Assembly (NCBI GenBank): GCA_026016245.1
Contig: CP061211.1
Location: 540,001-572,000, forward strand
Direction: 5' to 3'
DNA: 32,000 nt
DNA from: Candidatus Pacearchaeota archaeon
Lineage (GTDB): Archaea > Nanobdellota > Nanobdellia > Pacearchaeales > UBA284
A program made the position numbers and the translations under genes. Below the pieces are notes generated by a model that made no database searches, was not told the origin of the DNA, and saw nothing but the letters and a program-made list of their open reading frames with translations. The first letter of the stretch is position 1; the number at the start of each line of letters is the position of its first letter. This document shows, piece by piece, positions 25,857 through 32,000 of the stretch.

Positions 25857-26657
25857 CTAAATTATCATTGCAAATTTTAATATAATTTTTTCAAATTTCA
25901 TTCCTTTATCCTCAAAAAAGAAATATTCTTCTGTTTCTAATTCAAATATAAGATATGAGCCTTGTTTTTTTACATCAACTGTCCATCCATCAAACTCAAG
26001 TTTATTTTTTACACAAAGAACCATATCAACAGCTTCTTCATCTCTGCATTCTCTTATATCAGAATTTGTTTTTATATAAATGAAATCAAAACTATCTAGA
26101 TTTATATTCTCTTCTTCCAAGATTAAGGTTATAGAAGGATTAAATTCATATTCAAGCTTATAGGTTGCAAAAGTTCCTTTTTCTTCACTGCTAAATGTTT
26201 TGGGATCAGTTTTTGTTTTTATTTCTCCATTTTCAAAAGTATGTGTGTAGGTTATGTCTGTAAGGTTTGTTTCAGAATATGCCTTTAGAGAATCAAAGAA
26301 ACTTTTTCCATACTCATCTGTGAATTTGTTCTGCAAGAAGATTTTTTCTGGCATACAATTTGAGTTCCATATTATTGTATCTCCAGTAACAGTGCAAGAA
26401 GGATTGTCTTTGTCTATTGCAGAATCTTTTACAATCTCATAAAAAGCCTGCGATGCTGCTAGTTTTGATGATTCATTGATGTAGAAGGAAAGCCTATCAC
26501 CCATGTTTTTTATATTTATTGAAGCAGTAGTTTTGATAACTCCAGCATTAATATTTTTGTTTGTGGTTGAGAAAGCATGCCATGACATTCCTATGAAGAT
26601 GATCATTCCTAAAACCAAGCCAATTGCAAATACTCCTGCTTTTTTGTTTTTTATCAT
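25857..26657 (-). CDS. Pilin-like protein 11 of operon (266 aa), class III signal peptide
   Basis: MIKNKKAG|VFAIGLVLGMIIFIGM. 4 Cys in the mature part. The ATG overlaps the upstream stop (ATGA). Confidence 0.65.
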   Translation of the reverse strand: MIKNKKAGVFAIGLVLGMIIFIGMSWHAFSTTNKNINAGVIKTTASINIKNMGDRLSFYINESSKLAASQAFYEIVKDSAIDKDNPSCTVTGDTIIWNSNCMPEKIFLQNKFTDEYGKSFFDSLKAYSETNLTDITYTHTFENGEIKTKTDPKTFSSEEKGTFATYKLEYEFNPSITLILEEENINLDSFDFIYIKTNSDIRECRDEEAVDMVLCVKNKLEFDGWTVDVKKQGSYLIFELETEEYFFFEDKGMKFEKIILKFAMII

Positions 26658-27070
26658 TTTATTTCTAATCGTATGGTTATTATTTCATCAGATGGAATAT
26701 AGAATAATGAACCTGCTTGTTTGTTGAATTCATAATTATAGATGCCAAGGGATTTTTCTGCCTCCTGATTTAATATTTCTTCATATATTGGATTAATCTT
26801 AGAAAGCCTTATTAGTTCAGCTATTGTTATATCTTGTTTCTCCTCTTCAATTTCTATCTCTACTGTTTTTTGAAGCCATGCTTGAAGAGAGAGATGTTCC
26901 TGGTCTTTTGTTATCTGTTCTGTGGCAATTTTTTCTATTTCTTTTTTTGGAGCGCCCCATAATACAGTGGATATAATGATAAAAATTATTAGAAGAAGAG
27001 CAACAATTACAAGTCCAACTGTATCTTGTACAAGCTCTCCTGCCTGTGCTTTTTTATTTTTTATCTCCAT
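26654..27070 (-). CDS. Pilin-like protein 10 (138 aa), class III signal peptide
   Basis: MEIKNKKAQAG|ELVQDTVGLVIVALLLIIFIIIS. The signal is near-identical to that of protein 9. Confidence 0.7.
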   Translation of the reverse strand: MEIKNKKAQAGELVQDTVGLVIVALLLIIFIIISTVLWGAPKKEIEKIATEQITKDQEHLSLQAWLQKTVEIEIEEEKQDITIAELIRLSKINPIYEEILNQEAEKSLGIYNYEFNKQAGSLFYIPSDEIITIRLEIK

Positions 27071-27075
27071 TTTAT

Positions 27076-27531
27076 TTACAGATTTTTTTCAACTTTTTTA
27101 ATTGCCAAAAATAAATCTATCTTAGTATCTTCATTATTTTTGAGAACATAATATTCCTCTTGCAAGCATGATGGGTAATACTTGACTTTCACTTTTTCTT
27201 TTTCAGCTTGACATAGAGCAAAGAGAAATTCATCACCAAGAGCAATATTATCATTTTTTAAAGTTATGTTAATATAGATCTCTTGTTCATTAAAGTACAT
27301 ACAATCTCTTATGGCATCTTCACTGAATTCATCAACAATACCATTTGGGGCAACACACTCCATTATATTTCTAGCTACTGTGCTTGCTTCAATATCACGC
27401 ATATCATACTGCTTGGAATAGTGGGCTGTCACAACTGCAACCACCCCCCCAACAACAATAACTAATATGAGGAATTTGTGAAGCCAGGTCACTGCATGTC
27501 CTGCCTGTGCTTTCTTATTTTTTATCTTCAT
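27076..27531 (-). CDS. Pilin-like protein 9 (151 aa), class III signal peptide
   Basis: MKIKNKKAQAG|HAVTWLHKFLILVIVVGGVVAVV; 4 Cys. Confidence 0.7.
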   Translation of the reverse strand: MKIKNKKAQAGHAVTWLHKFLILVIVVGGVVAVVTAHYSKQYDMRDIEASTVARNIMECVAPNGIVDEFSEDAIRDCMYFNEQEIYINITLKNDNIALGDEFLFALCQAEKEKVKVKYYPSCLQEEYYVLKNNEDTKIDLFLAIKKVEKNL

Positions 27532-27548
27532 TTTTCTATTTTTTCATT

Positions 27549-27896
27549 TTATCTTATATTTATAATCGTGAAAGCATCTTTTCTTGAAAAATCCACATTA
27601 TCCTTAAGATAACAATCATAGAAATAGCCTCTATCAAATTCCCCCTCTTTGACCACAACACCATTACCCTCTTTTTCTATACTTACTCTAGTATCATGCT
27701 CTATTATAATTCTTGTTCCTGGCTCAGCTGTTGATATAAGGAGACAAGTTTCTTTTGCAAGAACCTGTTTTTTCATTGCTATTCCTGAAGCTTGATTACT
27801 GACCCATAAAGTGAGAATGATTATTATAGCTATGATGAAGATAAGAGTGAAGATAAATTCCCACCCAAGTTCAACACCTCTTTTATCTTTAAGCAT
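27549..27896 (-). CDS. Pilin-like protein 8 (115 aa), class III signal peptide
   Basis: MLKDKRG|VELGWEFIFTLIFIIAIIIILTLWV; 2 Cys. Confidence 0.7.
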   Translation of the reverse strand: MLKDKRGVELGWEFIFTLIFIIAIIIILTLWVSNQASGIAMKKQVLAKETCLLISTAEPGTRIIIEHDTRVSIEKEGNGVVVKEGEFDRGYFYDCYLKDNVDFSRKDAFTIINIR

Positions 27897-27917
27897 TTTA
27901 TCGAAAAAGTATCAGGA

Positions 27918-28841
27918 TTATGGAATACTCTCTATATTATTGCATACTGCACCTATTTCAGAAGCTTTCATAGGTGCAAGAATAAGATGATAACAGCCTT
28001 CCCATTCTTCGTTACATTTTGAGGATACATATGAATTACCTATTATAGTTGATACTGCTTGTGTTCCTAATGCTGATCCAACAACAATAGCAACAACTAT
28101 TGGATGTTTAAATGCTGTGCTGGCTACTTTTCCAATTAATCTTCCAGTAGTCCAAGGTCCAGTTGTTACCATACTTACTGCTCCGAGCCCTGCTACTATT
28201 TTCAAATCATTTTTAAGAACTTCCCAATAACTTCTACCACGTATGCCCATATAAATAATTACATAATCTGAATCAGTTCTTATTTTTGGGGCCTCTATAC
28301 CTACAGCAAGATCTTTATCTGCCTGGTCTGTGAAATATTCATAATAGGTTATGTTGCTAAGAGGAATCTTAGTTTGTACAAGATAATTAAACATATCTAT
28401 TTCCTTTACTTTTTCTTTAACATTATCATCGAACTTTATAGTAGTACAGATAACACAAGCTGATTTGGGGTAACCTGCTCCTGGAACAGCATAACTTTGC
28501 CAGATACTTTCACTAAAAAAATCCATTTCTCCCTCACCTAACATCCACCAACAGTCATACATCTGGTTTGCTATCTCTCTTTTGATAAAGTTTTCATCTG
28601 TTGAGCTTATTTCTATATGCTGTGTTTTGCAATTTAATGGAATACCAGCAAGCTGTCCAGGTTGCAGGCCAGCTATCTCCTGACTTCTTAGAATTACAGA
28701 TTGATGACATGCCTCTTTATTGATTGTTTCCTCATAAGGAAAAATTTTCAGAAAATAAAAAAGTATTGCAGCAGTTATTATTAGAATCACAATACCTATA
28801 ATAATGTTCTGGACTAAAGCCCCTTTTTTGTTTTTCATCAT
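27918..28841 (-). CDS. Pilin-like protein 7 (307 aa), class III signal peptide plus a second Gly/Ala/Val-rich hydrophobic region
   Basis: MMKNKKG|ALVQNIIIGIVILIITAAILFYF. 8 Cys. Residues ~213-268 (IVAGLGAVSMVTTGPW...IVVAIVVGSALGTQAVSTIIG) are hydrophobic. Confidence 0.7.
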   Translation of the reverse strand: MMKNKKGALVQNIIIGIVILIITAAILFYFLKIFPYEETINKEACHQSVILRSQEIAGLQPGQLAGIPLNCKTQHIEISSTDENFIKREIANQMYDCWWMLGEGEMDFFSESIWQSYAVPGAGYPKSACVICTTIKFDDNVKEKVKEIDMFNYLVQTKIPLSNITYYEYFTDQADKDLAVGIEAPKIRTDSDYVIIYMGIRGRSYWEVLKNDLKIVAGLGAVSMVTTGPWTTGRLIGKVASTAFKHPIVVAIVVGSALGTQAVSTIIGNSYVSSKCNEEWEGCYHLILAPMKASEIGAVCNNIESIP

Positions 28842-28871
28842 CTTAATTTGTATTTTTATTTATATAAATTT

Positions 28872-29003
28872 TTATATTACCCCATATCTCTTCAACAGAT
28901 AAATTATCATACCTCCAATTATTGCAAAAAGTATTATTAAAAATAATATTTTGATTAGTGTTTCAACTGCCATGGCTTTCTTGTTTATTTTCTTTTTTAT
29001 CAT
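28872..29003 (-). CDS. Pilin-like mini-protein 6 (43 aa), class III signal peptide
   Basis: Hand translation MIKKKINKKA|MAVETLIKILFLIILFAIIGGMIIYLLKRYGVI. The ATG overlaps the SLT gene stop (ATGA). Below the track cutoff. Confidence 0.55.
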   Translation of the reverse strand: MIKKKINKKAMAVETLIKILFLIILFAIIGGMIIYLLKRYGVI

Positions 29004-30079
29004 ATCAACTCCATTTTTGCCCTAATTTTTTCTGCATAAATACGTCCGGCAAATGTTGATGGGCATCCTGTAATTGTTAATGGTTCACAATTATTTCTTA
29101 CTCCGCCAGAGCCAGTATTATATGCAGCTATCCCTAACCATTGATTTTGAAATTCAGCTATTCTTTCAGCAAGGAATCTTGTACCAGCATCAATGTTTTT
29201 TATAGGATTAAATCTTTCATCTTCTTCTTTATTGCAATTTTCTGGATGTACTTTATTGCAAATTGATATTGAAGTTCTTTTTTCAGACATGCATGGAGAA
29301 AGCTGACTTATATCTTCTGTTCCATAGTCAGGCACAGAAAGACCGAGCAGCTTGGCTGTTTGTGGCATGATTTGCATTAGTCCCACTTCACCATCACAAC
29401 CTATTGCATCCTCAACAGATAGAGATTCCTGAATTATTATTGCTCTGATAATTTTTTCAAATTCCTCTTTGTTTGCAATATAATTACTAAGTTGATATTG
29501 GCTGTAGTATTTTTCTACTATGCTCGCCAACTCGCTATCCCACTCCTTTGTTTTCATCTTATTATAAGCAAAATTAACATCTACTTTTTCTTCCTCACTT
29601 AATTTTACCCCTACTACTGCAAGTTCTATCTTACTTACCTCATAATGATCTATTTGATGTGCAAGCCAGATATCCACAATTTCAATCTTTATGTTAGCAG
29701 GCTTTTCTTCTTGTTTTAAAGGCAGTTCAATCACACGACAGAGTTTGCTTTCACATTTTTTCTTACAAACACAAAGAACATTTTTTTGGAATAATGTTGT
29801 AGGTTTTTGGAAATTCTCATTAATATTGTGTTGCTCATCAAAAGCAACTACATACCAGCCTTTAGGAGCTAAAAGAGTGTATCTTGCTACTTCAGCTTCT
29901 TCAAGGCTGTTTAGTTCTTGTATTAAACTATCTAGTGTTCCTTGTGCCTGCATTTCATCCTGTTTACCAAAATATGTTCTGAAAAGGATAGTGCTAGCAT
30001 ATAGGAGAATAAGGATAACAGCAATTGCAACTATTATTTCAATTATTTGTTTAAGCAAAAGCAAACCTCTTTTGTTCAT
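29000..30079 (-). CDS. Pilin-signal-anchored lytic transglycosylase (SLT domain), 359 aa
   Basis: The track start at 30094 is TTG; the ATG at 30079 gives MNKRG|LLLLKQIIEIIVAIAVILILLYA. The C-terminal half carries the family-1 LT motifs in order: IIIQES (catalytic Glu-Ser), GLMQIMPQTA, AAYNTGSGG. 10 Cys. Confidence 0.8.
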   Translation of the reverse strand: MNKRGLLLLKQIIEIIVAIAVILILLYASTILFRTYFGKQDEMQAQGTLDSLIQELNSLEEAEVARYTLLAPKGWYVVAFDEQHNINENFQKPTTLFQKNVLCVCKKKCESKLCRVIELPLKQEEKPANIKIEIVDIWLAHQIDHYEVSKIELAVVGVKLSEEEKVDVNFAYNKMKTKEWDSELASIVEKYYSQYQLSNYIANKEEFEKIIRAIIIQESLSVEDAIGCDGEVGLMQIMPQTAKLLGLSVPDYGTEDISQLSPCMSEKRTSISICNKVHPENCNKEEDERFNPIKNIDAGTRFLAERIAEFQNQWLGIAAYNTGSGGVRNNCEPLTITGCPSTFAGRIYAEKIRAKMELI

Positions 30080-30125
30080 AAAAGAAACATACAAAGATAT
30101 TATTTAAAATTTCTTGTTATTATTA

Positions 30126-30305
30126 CTACTGAACTTGTGTTGCGTTCCAAAGACCGAGAGCATTTTTAAGTTTTGCCATCAAATCAGACATGAACTGCCT
30201 CATTGCTCCAGAGAAAATGAGGACAATAACAACAAGAACAATAATAGCAAGAATTATAATCACAATAGTATTGATTGAGAGTCCTACAGCCTTCTTGTTG
30301 CGCAT
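30126..30305 (-). CDS. Pilin-like protein 4 (59 aa), class III signal peptide
   Basis: Hand translation MRNKKA|VGLSINTIVIIILAIIVLVVIVLIFSGAMRQFMSDLMAKLKNALGLWNATQVQ. Below the track cutoff. Paralogous N-terminus to protein 3. Confidence 0.6.
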   Translation of the reverse strand: MRNKKAVGLSINTIVIIILAIIVLVVIVLIFSGAMRQFMSDLMAKLKNALGLWNATQVQ

Positions 30306-30310
30306 TTTGC

Positions 30311-30685
30311 TTACTTGCTTCTTATAGTTTCACACATGTCTGAAGTAAATCCTGCCCCTAGACATTCTTCCTCATCCAATGCTTTGATAAGATTGTTATC
30401 ACAGTAGACTGGTAGGGTTCCTATAACTTCTCCATCTGACATTTCTCTTATTGTAAATTCATGTGTGCAAAAACTGGTTTTGTCTCCAGCGCTGCAATAT
30501 AGAGTGCATGCATTCCTAGTCTGTTCTATGTCTGTTTGTGAATAGGCCCCAGGGATTGGTATGATCTTTTGCCAAAGTTGTTGTATTCCTCCAGTAAAGT
30601 AAAGTGCAAGAATAACTAGAACAAGAATTGCAAGAATTACTATAATTATTGTATTAACGTTTAACTCAACAGCTTTCTTATTCAT
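30311..30685 (-). CDS. Pilin-like protein 3 (124 aa), class III signal peptide
   Basis: MNKKA|VELNVNTIIIVILAILVLVILALYF; 6 Cys in the globular part. Confidence 0.7.
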   Translation of the reverse strand: MNKKAVELNVNTIIIVILAILVLVILALYFTGGIQQLWQKIIPIPGAYSQTDIEQTRNACTLYCSAGDKTSFCTHEFTIREMSDGEVIGTLPVYCDNNLIKALDEEECLGAGFTSDMCETIRSK

Positions 30686-30740
30686 TTTTTACCTCTTTTT
30701 ATTTTTTTATTAAGTATGACTTGTTTTTAAAATTTTCTTT

Positions 30741-31331
30741 TTATTCAGCACATCTCTCAAGCTGAATTATGGGTGGTTTTTCATAGCTTATCACAAAATA
30801 AAGCCCATCTTGTTTTTTGTAAAAGAAAGGACTTATAACATTAATTTCTTCACTCCACCATAAAGCACCTTTTTTTGACCCCTCTTGTTTAAACAATGGT
30901 GGCTCTTTACTGAAGTCAACAACTTTTTTTATTCTGTAAGGAACTTCTTGTTTTGTTTCGTAAAATATTGCAGAAATCTTCAGATCACTTAGAGTAGTGC
31001 TTTTATAATCCTTATTTCCGTGAGTTAGTGTGATTTCTACAGCGCGCCCAGGTAATTCAGTAAAAACAAGGTTTGAATTCTGAACAAAACTTGCTGGAAA
31101 ATTAGGCAGGCCGTCACATACGCAATCATTATTCTGCAAAGAAAGACATTTGTCTATATTGCTGATAAGGACATCAAAATTATCTTCATTCTGCTGTTGC
31201 TGTTCTATGTTAAGCTTCCCCCCTCTTATTGCCGCATAGAGAGGATTGAAAAAACCAAGAAGTATAAGCACGACAACAGCTATTACTATTACAGCGATTG
31301 AAGCTCTAATAATCTCCCATATTCCCATCAT
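30741..31331 (-). CDS. Pilin-like protein 2 (196 aa), short atypical class III-like signal
   Basis: MMG|IWEIIRASIAVIVIAVVVLILLGFF. It lacks the Lys run but keeps Gly followed by a hydrophobic helix with an early Glu. 4 Cys. Confidence 0.55.
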   Translation of the reverse strand: MMGIWEIIRASIAVIVIAVVVLILLGFFNPLYAAIRGGKLNIEQQQQNEDNFDVLISNIDKCLSLQNNDCVCDGLPNFPASFVQNSNLVFTELPGRAVEITLTHGNKDYKSTTLSDLKISAIFYETKQEVPYRIKKVVDFSKEPPLFKQEGSKKGALWWSEEINVISPFFYKKQDGLYFVISYEKPPIIQLERCAE

Positions 31332-31339
31332 TTTTATTT

Positions 31340-31495
31340 CTACCTACCAAATCTCAAAAAAGCTTTGAGTTCTTCTAAAATATTTACCCCTCGTTTTTGT
31401 AAAACAAATATAAAGATTATGACAAGAGCAAGAACAACTAGTCCAATAACCCACCAGTTTATCTCGCTCCAGACCAAACCTCTTTTGTTTTTCAT
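31340..31495 (-). CDS. Pilin-like mini-protein 1 (51 aa), class III signal peptide; first gene of operon
   Basis: Hand translation MKNKRG|LVWSEINWWVIGLVVLALVIIFIFVLQKRGVNILEELKAFLRFGR. ATG at 31493-31495, TAG at 31340-31342. Below the track cutoff. Confidence 0.6.
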   Translation of the reverse strand: MKNKRGLVWSEINWWVIGLVVLALVIIFIFVLQKRGVNILEELKAFLRFGR

Positions 31496-31550
31496 CTAAA
31501 CAAAAAGTTTTTTAACTTTAAAAATTTAATCTGAGTGAGGCTTGGGAAAG
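31496..31550. promoter_or_regulatory. 55-bp divergent intergenic region with a shared AT-rich TATA-like core
   Basis: The core aactttaaaaatttaat (about 31513-31530) lies ~25 nt from the minus-strand ATG (31495) and ~30 nt from the plus-strand ATG (31551). This fits leaderless divergent transcripts. Confidence 0.4.
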
Positions 31551-32000
31551 ATGAACAGGTTATTGGCTATTTTTTTATCTTTATCTACTGCTATTTCTCC
31601 AATTGCTCTAGCACAAGAATATCAGGGAATGAAGCTGGAACAAAGAATAAAGGATTTTAATGAGGTCATCAGAAGAAGGAATTTCTCAAATTATGATGTG
31701 CCTATAATTCATCTTCAAGTAGTTGATAAGGATTCTAAATGGCCTTTGGAAGATGCAAGAGTTGAATTAAAACATGAGGATAAGAGGATAACAGATGGTT
31801 ATCCTGTCCCTGGAGATTATATGTATTATAATCCTTATAGATCCAAAACTGATGAAGAAGGAAATGTTATTTTTAGCGTGACTCCATGTCATGAAGAGGA
31901 AATAACAAGATTAGAAGTAAAGTGCCAAGGTTATTATCCAATTGATGTAGATTTTCCCTTGCTTAATCTTTTAGCACATATTAATAACACTTTAAGTAAC
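31551..32000 (+). CDS. Secreted protein, partial (first 150 aa), Sec signal peptide; possible carboxypeptidase-regulatory-like beta domain
   Basis: Hand translation MNRLLAIFLSLSTAISPIALA|QEYQGMK..., then HLQVVDKDSKWPLEDARVEL...KTDEEGNVIFSV. Open to the window edge, so not in the track. Confidence 0.55.
   Translation, partial: MNRLLAIFLSLSTAISPIALAQEYQGMKLEQRIKDFNEVIRRRNFSNYDVPIIHLQVVDKDSKWPLEDARVELKHEDKRITDGYPVPGDYMYYNPYRSKTDEEGNVIFSVTPCHEEEITRLEVKCQGYYPIDVDFPLLNLLAHINNTLSN

Noticed and set aside
29691-30107. 138-aa + strand ORF, and other + ORFs inside the 25.8-31.5 kb region
   Set aside because: They are antisense to the pilin-like/SLT genes. Those genes show consistent N-terminal signals, tight operon spacing and, for the SLT gene, catalytic motifs.
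25857-31495. Interpretation of the pilin-like operon as an archaellum (fla/arl) locus
   Set aside because: No archaellin-like conserved N-terminal domain beyond the signal was seen. No FlaF/G/H/J homologues are present, the ATPase is 4.5 kb away, and the subunits are highly heterogeneous. A pilus or pseudopilus-like structure fits better.

Overview
Strongly AT-rich, very gene-dense archaeal chromosome segment. Most genes are separated by a few nt or overlap by 1-4 nt. The gene content suggests a reduced-genome DPANN-type archaeon (Pacearchaeota/Woesearchaeota-like; this is inference, no search was possible). It includes stalk proteins P1/P0, uL1, eL40, aIF5A, SecE, Spt5, FtsZ, RadA, RPA, archaeal-type GlyRS, a class II RNR and a miniature archaeosortase-like protein, and many proteins are short. 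Positions 1-18.3 kb are mainly housekeeping: nucleotide metabolism (partial nrdJ, dCMP deaminase), a Hef-like helicase, HIT, GlyRS, a block of membrane proteins, uL1-P0-P1, an aIF5A-eL40-S2P protease-tRNA string, FKBP and ftsZ-secE-spt5. There are two tRNA-Ala genes. Positions 18.3-32 kb are the interesting part. They hold an oversized FlaI/PilB-type secretion ATPase followed by a degenerate M50-like membrane protein, then two divergent coiled-coil proteins, a Cas4-like nuclease and RadA plus RPA. These are followed by a tightly packed 11-gene minus-strand operon (25857-31495) in which every product begins with a class III (type IV pilin-like) signal peptide. One of those products carries a complete SLT lytic-transglycosylase domain, which is unexpected in an archaeon. 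Three operon members, eL40, the partial nrdJ and a partial secreted protein at the right edge are absent from the supplied ORF track; I found them by hand translation. No CRISPR array, rRNA, transposase or integrase was seen. All homology calls rest on motif recognition by eye, not on database searches.
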